From NCBI GenBank assembly GCA_963422375.2, contig OY729427.2:64001-128000 (forward strand): 64,000 nt of DNA, read 5' to 3'. Source of the stretch: Bryobacterales bacterium (lineage in GTDB: Bacteria; Acidobacteriota; Terriglobia; Bryobacterales; UBA6623). The translations under genes and the position numbers were made by a program. This document shows, piece after piece, positions 1 through 9,201 of the stretch (position 1 is its first letter; every line of letters starts with the position of its first letter). The notes beneath the pieces are model-generated. The model saw nothing but the letters and a program-made list of their open reading frames with translations. It made no database searches and was not told the DNA's origin.

Positions 1-1145
1 GCGGCCGAGCCCGGTCCCGATTCGCTTGGGGATCTCGCCTGACTCCAGTGGAGGATCACTCGCCATCCGCAGCGCATTGCGATCGAATTCCCTGCGGTGG
101 GAAGCAAACTGCCGCAGCTTCCAATTCATCAGCGGCTGGGAGGTAGCGGCCAAACCTTCCACATGCGGGGAGACGAACTGCTTCGCGACGAGCCTTCGAA
201 TCCTGACCACGAAGTCGCGCATCGCGCGCGAAGCGACCGGGAAGAGACCTCGCTCGCCTCAGGCAGCGCGCGCCACATGGCGCGGAGCTCGGCCAGGGGC
301 CCGAAGTCGTCTTCCGAGCCTTCCAGCAGCTGCCAGACCGTCGGAAGGTATCCCGAGCTGACCCTCGCCTTCCTAGCGACGTCGGCCATGCTGTCGCCGG
401 GACTGCCTAGTGCAGCCCGGTGCTTGAAGCGCCAGGCGGCCTCGAAGTACTCCGCGAAATCTGTCGGCTGGCGATCGTAGAATTCCACGATCCGCCGGAT
501 CGCGTATTTCTCGCGGTCCGTGACGACAACCATCGGATGGGGCGCGAAGCCGAAGCCGTCCGGCGTGAGGACCAAGTGCTCACCGACTTCGCGGGCTGCC
601 TGCAAGTACTTGGCCAGCAGCGCCGGGGACATCAAGAGGGACTCGCCGGAATTGTCAAACCCTGCCGGATTCGCGGGGTCAACGGGAAACTCCCTGGCGG
701 GGCGGATGTCGACTCCCGTCAGGTCCCGCACGGTGTAGTTGTATTCGGCATTGCTCAGCCGGCGTACCAGAACGGGACCGGGATCGCCGGACTGCCGGCG
801 CGCCACTTCATCCCGGAGCGATTCGATCCAAGCGATCACTTGACGACGCACAGGCCGGTCGGGCTGGGGAGCCGACTTCGGCGGCATTTCGCCCGCGGCA
901 AGCCTCTCTAGAATCAACGCCCAGTGCCGGTGGTCGCTCACAACCGCGTCCACCGACGCATATGCCTCAACGCTGAACTGCGCGACGGGACTGGCACCGC
1001 CGTGGCAGCCGACGCAATACTGGCCGAGGAACGGGCGGACTTCGCTCTCGAACTGGCGCTCGAGGGCGGCTTCCGCGGCAACGGCAGGCGAAGCGAGCAG
1101 GAGAACCGACGCGACGAGGACCAGTGAGAAGTGGCGACTCGACAT
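1..1145 (-). pseudogene. DUF1587/DUF1592-type (planctomycete cytochrome c) protein, 5' part; frameshift near 225-245; continues beyond window start
   Basis: Signal peptide MSSRHFSLVLVASVLLLASPAVA from ATG 1145, CVGCH heme motif, RRLSNAEYNYTVRDLTG (DUF1587-like). Protein-like sequence MRDFVVRIRRLVAKQF...QPLMNWKLRQFA continues in another frame below ~222. Could be an assembly indel. Confidence 0.75.
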
Positions 1146-1850
1146 CAAGCCATATGCGCCTGGCGCCTGATCGCCAGGAACGGCCCGGAAGCTTCCAAGC
1201 TGCCAACAGCGTATCACCGCCGTAGCGAGCGCGGGCCGACCAGGCCGGGCGCGAAACGGTCGAGAATACAGCGGGCAACGTTGACTGTAGATCCAAGCGC
1301 GTGGCATCGTTGCGCGCCCACGGCAGGGGATGATGCACCACCGTCCTTCCGGCGAGCGACTGGCTGACGGACCCGAGCAGCGAGAGCATCTGCGAGCCCG
1401 CCGGAATCCAGCGCCCCGGCTCGGGGTCCGCGTCGACTAGGCCCTGCAGGTACGGGGGAAGATCCGGCACGCGCCGGACTTCGTCCAGCTCCGCACCGCC
1501 TGGAAACTGCGCGAGAAAGACTCGCGGATCCTCGACCGAGAACGATCAAAGGTCCGGGGCCTCCAATCTGACGTATGGGATGGTCCGGAAACAACGCAGG
1601 GCAAAGCGTCGTCTGGCCGCTCTGGCGAGCGTGACGGAAGGAAACCGGCGGGCCGCGTCCGGGAGCCAGGTCGCGGACCGCCATCATCAGATACATGGTG
1701 GCCCGCGGATCTGGCGGATACAAGATGGGACTTGTGTTTGGCCGGAAGACCCATTCGCACGAGGTTTCGCCGACCAGACACGCGGCCACGGCGCATTGCG
1801 CGTTACTGGGACCAAGATCGCTTGACACCAACCGAAGAGGCGTCCTCACA

Positions 1851-3344
1851 ATGAACAGCATGCCCCGGATGCTCTGGTCTTCGGTCGCGGCGCTCGCGCT
1901 TCTCGCCCGGTGCGCCGCGCCGGCCCCGCCCGACCGCCCTAACGTCGTCTTTTTCCTCGCCGACGACCTCGGCTGGAAGGACCTCGGCTGTTACGGAAGC
2001 CCGTTCTACGAGACGCCTCACATCGACGGACTCGCTGCCTCCGGCGCAAGGTTCACGCAAGCCTACGCGGCTTGCCCGGTCTGCTCGCCGACCCGCGCAA
2101 GCATCATGACTGGCAAGTACCCGGTGCGCGTCCGCTTGACCGACTACATCAGCCCGTCCGGAGGCAACCAGCCGGAAAAATGGGGTCGCAACACTGTGAT
2201 GCTGCCGTCGGCGTACTCCGACCGCATGCCATTAGAGGAGGTAACCCTAGCCGAAGCGCTCAAGGAAGCCGGCTACGCCACGTTCTTCGGCGGGAAGTGG
2301 CACCTCGGACCGGAGGGATTCTGGCCAGAGGACCAAGGCTTCGCCGTCAACAAGGGAGGTTGGGAGCACGGCGGGCCGTGGGGCGGCAGGAACTACTTCT
2401 CGCCCTACGAGAACCCAAACCTGACAGATGGGCCTCCCGGGGAGTTCCTGCCACAGCGGCTGGCAAGAGAAACTGCCAGCTTCATTGCCGACCATCGCGA
2501 CCAGCCCTTCCTCGCCTATCTCTCGTTCTATTCCGTCCACACGCCGCTCATGACTACCGACGAGCTGGAAGCGAAGTACTCCGGCAAGTCCGCCAAGCTT
2601 GCGTTTTCCGGCCCGCGCTGGACCACCGAGGGCTTCCGCGAGGCTCGCCAAGTGCAGGATCACGCCGTGTACGGCGGCATGGTCGAAGCGCTCGACTCGG
2701 CGGTCGGCATGGTGCTGCAGGCAATCTCCGAAAACGGCTTGGACGACCGGACCGTGGTGGTCTTCATGTCGGACAACGGCGGGCTGAGCACATCCGAAGG
2801 CTCTCCCACTTCGAATCTTCCCCTACGAGGGGGCAAGGGCTGGATGTATGAGGGCGGAATCCGGGAGCCGATGATCATTCGCGCACCGGGGGTGTCGCGG
2901 CCAGGGGCGGTGATCCGATCCCCCGTGACCAGCACCGATTTCTACCCGACTCTCTTGGAGCTCACCAACCTCCCGGCGCGCCCCGACCAGCACATCGACG
3001 GCGAGAGCATGGTCCCGCTCCTGCTCGGCCAGTCGGCCAACCGCGCACCGCTCTTTTGGCACTACCCGCATTACGGCAACCAAGGGGGCGCTCCGAGCGC
3101 GGCTGTCCGGGACGGGAACTGGAAGCTGATCAAGTGGTATGAAGACGGAGCGACCGAACTCTATGATTTGGATAGAGGCCCGGCCGAGCGCTACGATTTG
3201 GCCAAGACGCATCCGGACATAGCGGACGCTCTGGCCCAGCAGCTTGACAATTGGCTCAACGAAGTCGATGCGAACATGCCGTCTGTCAACTCCGACTACA
3301 AGGCGGATCGGCCATCGGGGCGACTTCCTCCGGACCGGCGCTGA
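1851..3344 (+). CDS. Sulfatase (formylglycine-dependent), secreted
   Basis: PNVVFFLADDLG, CSPTRAS (CxPxR), GKWHLG, SDNG, GKGWMYEGGIREP; hydrophobic N-terminus. Confidence 0.93.
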   Translation: MNSMPRMLWSSVAALALLARCAAPAPPDRPNVVFFLADDLGWKDLGCYGSPFYETPHIDGLAASGARFTQAYAACPVCSPTRASIMTGKYPVRVRLTDYISPSGGNQPEKWGRNTVMLPSAYSDRMPLEEVTLAEALKEAGYATFFGGKWHLGPEGFWPEDQGFAVNKGGWEHGGPWGGRNYFSPYENPNLTDGPPGEFLPQRLARETASFIADHRDQPFLAYLSFYSVHTPLMTTDELEAKYSGKSAKLAFSGPRWTTEGFREARQVQDHAVYGGMVEALDSAVGMVLQAISENGLDDRTVVVFMSDNGGLSTSEGSPTSNLPLRGGKGWMYEGGIREPMIIRAPGVSRPGAVIRSPVTSTDFYPTLLELTNLPARPDQHIDGESMVPLLLGQSANRAPLFWHYPHYGNQGGAPSAAVRDGNWKLIKWYEDGATELYDLDRGPAERYDLAKTHPDIADALAQQLDNWLNEVDANMPSVNSDYKADRPSGRLPPDRR

Positions 3345-3387
3345 ACGGCTTGAAGGGCAGACTTCCATAGGACCGAGTCGGACTCAG

Positions 3388-3562
3388 CTAGCAGACGAAC
3401 CAGACGTCCCCGCACGGCTAACGGTCGACCGAGGCTCGCAAAGGGAGGCCCTGTCTGCCCAAGCGCGCCGGAGGATGCAAGTTGATCTTGCGATCGCCGA
3501 GATGGACGAGGCGCATTTCCTCTCTCGTGAGTCGCGAATCCGTGAGACCAATGGTTTCAATG
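3388..3562 (-). pseudogene. Degraded VOC/glyoxalase-family remnant, paralogue of 21382-21891, cut by IS1595 end
   Basis: Manual translation MRLVHLGDRKINLHPPARLGRQGLPLRASVDR*PCGDVWFVC* aligns with ICSVHCGDHKINFHRPALWQDTGFSLRASAAKPPCGDFCFVW. Confidence 0.65.
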
Positions 3563-3951
3563 GGGAATTATATATCTGAGTGCCGACAACGCCATGTTCG
3601 ACGAGAACTGCTGTGATCAGGGAGGTCGGCGTCTGGCTCCGGTCATTCGAATGCGGCCGCGGTAGGCACGGAAAAGTGGGATCGTATCTGAATCGAACCT
3701 GCCAGCGGAATGGACGAGGCACGGATAAGAGAGGCCCCCTCGCATGCCCCGGTGGAATCCGGTTGGCGGTGGAGGGCACCCCTTGCAAGCCGCTTGCGTG
3801 CCCTGCGAGGGCCGAAGACAGCGGCTCCCCGGCGCTCGACGGCCTGCATGGACGGTCCGGGCCGGACTCGGGTCGCGCCGGGGGATTCCGGATCCGGCGC
3901 GCCCCTCGCACCGAGCGTGAAGCGCATCGAGCGTGAAGAGTGCGTCGGCAG

Positions 3952-4778
3952 CCCCCCACTGCCGCGGCTCCAGCGTGCAGTCCGGCACGGCCCACCCTTC
4001 GATGCCGTACCGTTGCCGCGGCTGCGGCAAGCGCTTTTCGGTGCGCACCGGCAGCGTGATGGCCGACACCAAGCTCGGCTACCGCACCTGGGCCGTCGCC
4101 CTGTTCCTGCTAACCACCGGCATAAAGGGCGTCTCCAGCATGAAGCTGCACCGCGACCCGGGCATCAGCCGGAAGTCGGCCTGGCACCTCGCGCACCGCA
4201 TCCGCGCGTGCCGGGAGCGGGATCGGGGCCTGTTCGCCGGCCCGGTGGAGGTGGACGAGACGTACGTCGGCGGCAAGGAGCGCAACCAGCACGAGAGGAA
4301 GAAGGCCCGCGCCGGGCGCGGGCCCGTCGGCAAGACGTCCGTGGCGGGCGCGCGGGACCGCGCCACGAACGCAGCGGCCGCGCAGCCGCTGCCGGGTACG
4401 ACCAAGGGCGACCTGCAGGGCTTCGTGCGCGGCCGGGTCGCGCCGGGCGCGCAGGTCCGCTCCGACGAGGCGGCGGCCTACGCCGGCATAGCGGAGTTCC
4501 CGCACGAGGGTGTCCAGCACTCCGGCGGCGAGTACGTGCGCGGGGCGGCGCATACGAACGGCATCGAGTCGTTTTGGTCCCTGTGCAAGCGCGGCCTGTA
4601 CGGCACCTATCACCGGATGAGCGTCCGTCATCCGGGTCGCTACCTCACGCAGTTCGCGGGACGGTGCAACGACCGCGACTGCGACACGGCGGAACGGATG
4701 CGGCGCATGGCGCGGGGCCTGGTCGGCCGGACGCTGACCTACCGGCAGCTGACCGGCAAGGCCGCGGTCTCGGCCTGA
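3952..4778 (+). pseudogene. IS1595-family DDE transposase lacking N-terminal ~45 aa
   Basis: Zn-ribbon (PHC...YRCRGC), VEVDETYVGG, RSDE, HTNGIESFWS..KRG. Confidence 0.88.
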
Positions 4779-5193
4779 GCGGCGCCCTCCGAGCTGAGCG
4801 CGGCAGCCCGCTGCGGACGCGCTCTTCACGCTCGGTGCGCTTCACGCTCGGTACGAGGGGCGCACCGGATCCGGAATGCCCCGGTGCGACCCCGGTCCGG
4901 CCCGGACCGTCCATGCAGGCCGTCAAGCGCCGGGGATCCGCTGTCTTCGGCCCTCGGAGGGCACGCAAGCGGCCTGCAAGGGGTGCCCTCCACCGCAAAC
5001 CGGATTCCACCGGGGCATGCGAGGGGGCCTCTCTAATCCGTGCCTCGTCAATTCCGCGGGCAGGTTCGATTCAGATACGATCCCGCCTTGCTGTGCCTAC
5101 CGCGGCCGCATTCGAATGACCCGAGCCAGACGCCGACCTCCCTGATCACAGCAGTTTTCGTCGGACATGGCGTTGTCGGCACTCAGATATATA

Positions 5194-5448
5194 GTGCTTG
5201 TGACAAAACCCCTGAATTCTGGCCCGATCAGCATTTCATACTACATCCTGAGTTCGGATAGATCTCCAAACACAACATATAGGGCCCAAGGTCGGAAGTT
5301 GCTCAGACGCCAATCGCGAAGATTTCCGCGCTCTACCCAGAATCGCCAGGATTTCGGATTAGTCGTAGCATTCCAGCGAAATCTTCGCCTTGAGAGATTG
5401 GACCTAACGCCTTTGTTGTCAAGGGGATACGAGTTTTTTCACGGGCAC
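5194..5448. mobile_element. 255-bp MITE with ISDol1-like ends, 6-bp TATATA TSD, inside the IS1595 right TIR
   Basis: Ends GTGCTTGTGACAAAA / TTTTCACGGGCAC; TATATA at 5188-5193 and 5449-5454; second copy at 12576-15414. Confidence 0.85.
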
Positions 5449-5460
5449 TATATAATTCCC

Positions 5461-6226
5461 ATTCGAAACCTAGCACCGGCCGATGCGGATCCGATCCAGC
5501 GGGCCAAGCTCGCGGCGGTCATCGAGCAGGACAGCTTCCTGTCCGAAGCGCAAGGCGGGGACGAAGCCGTCGAATCCGCGATCCGGAACTACGAACTCGC
5601 GTACCGCATGCAGTCCTTGCTGCCGGACGTGCTGGATCTAAGCAGGGAGACAGCCGCCACGAAGCGCGCGTACGGGCTCGAGGCGGAGGAAGAGGAGGCG
5701 CGGCGCTATGCCACGCAGTGCCTCAGGGCGCGCCGTCTGATCGAAGCGGGCGTCCGGTTCGTGGAAATCACCTGCGCGGAGGTCTACGGAGGCAACAACG
5801 GCACCTGGGACCAGCACACCGACCTGAAGAAGGGTCACGAGGGCAACGCGAGGATCACCGACCGGCCCGTGGCGGCGCTGCTTGGCGACCTCAAGGCGCG
5901 CGGAATGCTTGACGAGACGCTGGTGGTGTGGGCCACGGAGTTCGGCCGCACGCCGGACATCGGCAACGGCGACGGGCGGGACCACCACGAGTCGGGATTC
6001 ACGATTTGGATGGCGGGAGGCGGTGTGCGGAGGGGGCTGGTGTACGGCTATACGGACGAACTCGGGGTGCATGCCGTCGACAACGTAGTGTCCATTCACG
6101 ACCTGCACGCAACGATTTTGCATCTCGTCGGGCTGGACCACGAGAGGCTGACCTACTCGCTTCGGCGGACGCGACATTTCACTGACCGACGTACATGGGA
6201 GGGTGGTCCGCGACTTGCTCGCATGA
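5461..6226 (+). pseudogene. DUF1501 protein, 3' fragment (5' part lost at IS end; +1 frameshift near 6157)
   Basis: YELAYRMQ, CLRARRLIEAGVRFVE, WDQH, EFGRTP, GRDHH; ends ..RFGGRDISLTDVHGRVVRDLLA* in the shifted frame. Confidence 0.85.
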
Positions 6227-6251
6227 GGGCCGGGCGGGCTCCTGCGGACCA

Positions 6252-7151
6252 CTATCGCGAGCGCCCGAAGATCTGGACGCGCTCTCCCTGAACCTCCGTT
6301 ACGTACAGGCGGCCGCGCTGGTCGACGTCCATCAGGTGCGGCAGCTTGAGCGTCTCGGGATTCCCCCATTGCGCGGTCATCTCGCCATCTCCCAGCCGCA
6401 AGTGGCTGATCGTGTGGGCGTCACCGTCCGAGACGATCAGCTCGTCGCCGACCACCAGTACGCCGAAGGGATTGCCGAAACCGGTCCACGCCGCGAGGAA
6501 CTCGCCTTCCGGGGAAAACACCTGCACGCGATCGTTGCCGCGATCCGCCACGTAGATGCGGTCTTGCGGGTCGATCGCGATTCCGTGGGCCGCGGCGAAC
6601 TCCCCCGGGCTCTTTCCCTTGCGCCCCCACTGCGAGACGAACCGGCCATCCGGGGAGAGGCGCACGATGCGGCCGTTTCCGGCGTCAGCCACATAGATAT
6701 CCCCGTTCGAGGCGAATACCAGATCGTCTGGCGAACGGAAGTGACTGCGATCGCTGCCGCTAACCGACTTCTCGCCGTACGTCGCAAGGACCTCGCCGTC
6801 AGGCGAGAACTTCCACAGCACGTGCAGCTGGTTGTCCGTCGCCCAAACGTAGCCGTCCGCGTCGACGCGCAGGCCGTGCGCCACGCCGAATTCCCCTCGG
6901 CCCCAGCCGTGGCTGAACCTGCCGTTGGCATCGTAGGCCAGCAGGGGCGGCTCGCCCCTGTGCAGCACGTACGTCCGACCGGCAGGGCCAACCGCCACGG
7001 CGGAGACCGCGCCGACCTGCACGTCGGAAGGAAATTCCAAGAAGCCCTCGGAGCGGTAGGGGCCTTCCGCTTGAAGCGAGACCGCGCCCCACGCAACCGC
7101 CAGGGCGAGCCGCAGCCAGCCGCGCCGCGGCAAGGATACTTTGACCACCAT
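6252..7151 (-). CDS. NHL-repeat beta-propeller (peptidyl-alpha-hydroxyglycine amidating lyase-like), secreted
   Basis: Repeats AHGLRVDADGYVWATD, PDDLVFASNGDIYVADAGNGRI, AHGIAIDPQDRIYVADRGNDRVQVF; signal peptide from ATG 7151. Confidence 0.87.
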   Translation of the reverse strand: MVVKVSLPRRGWLRLALAVAWGAVSLQAEGPYRSEGFLEFPSDVQVGAVSAVAVGPAGRTYVLHRGEPPLLAYDANGRFSHGWGRGEFGVAHGLRVDADGYVWATDNQLHVLWKFSPDGEVLATYGEKSVSGSDRSHFRSPDDLVFASNGDIYVADAGNGRIVRLSPDGRFVSQWGRKGKSPGEFAAAHGIAIDPQDRIYVADRGNDRVQVFSPEGEFLAAWTGFGNPFGVLVVGDELIVSDGDAHTISHLRLGDGEMTAQWGNPETLKLPHLMDVDQRGRLYVTEVQGERVQIFGRSR

Positions 7152-8361
7152 TGCCGAGACTCTAGCAGAGAGTCCGAGGCTCGCTGGTACGGTCCCCGAG
7201 GGACGCGGGACATCAGGCGAGCGCCTCCCGGAGAACTGGGGCGTCCGTGGCGGTCGGCCGGCGGCGGCCCTGGCACCGGCAGAGCAGCTTTCGGTGGTGG
7301 ATTCCCACATGGTGCACAATCTTCGCCGACGCTGCATGGGGGGCCGCCGCTGCGTCCGCGACATTGCCGCTGAACCCGTCCGCCGTCCCGCGGCGTTGCG
7401 GTCACTGGCAGGGTGGTCGCGACGGTAGGTGTCGGGCTCGGGGGGCTTTGCGCGTGGGGCCTGCACCCGAACTCCCTGCCCCAGACAACCGGCACGGCGT
7501 CGAGAGGGTCGCGCACCAGCGCCGCGGAGTGCTTGTCGGTGTCGCAAGCCGACACCCGCAGGCGCTTGGGCGCCTTGCCGTGGTGGCAGCACCGGAGGAC
7601 TCGCATGTCGCGCTCTACGAGTCCGCGACGCGCCGGCATTGCATCTCGTTGATCCCGGCACCCGATTTATCGTCAAGTGGGGACGGTGGCGGGTGATGCC
7701 GGGCCGATCGCACAGGTAGGACACTGGATCCCCCTTTCGGACCCGAACTCTCAGCCCTGACGGCGGCTCGGCAGGAATCAGGTGGTGCCCCACGGCCGGG
7801 CCAACGGCCCAGCCCGCGAAGCCCCTCGCTGGCGGCAGAATCCGGCGCAACGAAGGCCGGGAGCTTATCATTGGCGCTACCCGGGCGTAGTCGATTCAAG
7901 CGCCATGCGCCTTGGGCATGGCGGATGGCCTCCGGTCCGGAAGGACGTGATGGCGGAGGCATGGCTAGTCGCTTCTGCACGCACCGACTGGATCGGGCAG
8001 ATCCGGCCCGCGATACCCGCGGCGCGGGACAGGATCTCGCCGAGCTCGGTTCCGCTCTGGCGGACCTTCTGGAAGCAATGCGCTGTCGGCATGACTTGGA
8101 ATCGCACCCACCGCGCAACGATGCCGGCCGCGCGGTGGCCGCCGAACGCCGGCACCGAAGTATCGCCGGCGAACCGCTCCCTCGGGAGCTGGTTCGAAGC
8201 GAACGGATCCCCGCGCGAGGGGCTACCCCGCTACCGCTAGCCCGGGGGCAAGTCCACTAGCAGCAAGGGCGGAAGCTGTCAGGCAAGGCTAGATCGATCA
8301 TCGGCTAGGAGCAGGCGCAGCGGCCGGCTGGAGTGTTATGCTGGCCTAGGACGCAATTACC

Positions 8362-9186
8362 ATGGCTCGAGGCACTCTGATTCTCCTTGCGGGCGTACTG
8401 CTGCTTGCGCCGGGCAGCCTTCGAGCCGCAGAGGAACTGCATACGAAGACCGGCTTTCTGAACTTCCCGTTCGAGGTAGGCGGCACAGAGCGTACCGCCG
8501 CGCTCTACGTCCCTCCGCAATACGACAGATCAATGGAATGGCCGCTGATCGTGTTCCTGCATGGAGGCGGCGGGAAGGGCGACAACAACGGCAACGCTTT
8601 AACCGAGCGATTCATGAGGCAGGGCCTCGTCAGTACGATCCAGAGCTACCCGGAGGGTTTTCCTACCTTGGTAGTGTTTCCTCGTTGTCCTGAAGACAAG
8701 ATCTGGACACCCATTCCCCCCGAACCAATACAATCACCTTGGCGTTTGCGACGGCACGGGACCGATCCTATCCCAGACGCCGAGGAGCACATCACCGCAG
8801 TGATCAACGCAGTCATTGCGGATTTTTCCGTAGCAGAAGACAGGATTATCCTCACCGGGCACTCGATGGGCGGGGAGGGATCTACACGATACGCGGCACT
8901 TCACGCGGATCGAGTCGCCGCTGTCGCGCCGTCAGCCGGTTCTGCGGTGGTGGTGCTCGAAGACGCCCCTGCTCTCGCGAAAATCGGCGTCTGGCTCTTT
9001 CAAGGGGAGACGGACAACATCAGTACAGTGACGCTTGCCAGGCGCATGATCGCCGCAATCCGCTCCGCAGGTGGAAACCCGAGGTACACCGAATACGAGG
9101 GAGTGGGTCACGCTACGGCCGGTCTCGCGTATCGAGATCGCGAGGTCATTGCTTGGATGCTTGAACAAAGGCGTCGAAAGAAATAG
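8362..9186 (+). CDS. Secreted alpha/beta hydrolase (esterase/peptidase-like)
   Basis: PLIVFLHGGG, GHSMGG nucleophile elbow, QGETD, YEGVGH; signal peptide. Confidence 0.87.
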   Translation: MARGTLILLAGVLLLAPGSLRAAEELHTKTGFLNFPFEVGGTERTAALYVPPQYDRSMEWPLIVFLHGGGGKGDNNGNALTERFMRQGLVSTIQSYPEGFPTLVVFPRCPEDKIWTPIPPEPIQSPWRLRRHGTDPIPDAEEHITAVINAVIADFSVAEDRIILTGHSMGGEGSTRYAALHADRVAAVAPSAGSAVVVLEDAPALAKIGVWLFQGETDNISTVTLARRMIAAIRSAGGNPRYTEYEGVGHATAGLAYRDREVIAWMLEQRRRKK

Positions 9187-9201
9187 TTAGGGAATTATAT
9201 A

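Larger units (their letters stand above)
3563..5460 (+). mobile_element. IS1595-family element (ISNwi1-like ends), chimeric: inverted right end + 5'-truncated transposase + right end whose TIR is split by a MITE
   Basis: TIR GGGAATTATATATCTGAGTGCCG at 3563; 3563-3952 is an inverted copy of ~4810-5193; outer TIR half TATATAATTCCC at 5449-5460; no direct-repeat TSD. Confidence 0.88.

Noticed and set aside
1200..1850. Possible degraded gene between divergent genes
   Set aside because: Some protein-like patches but no recognisable family.
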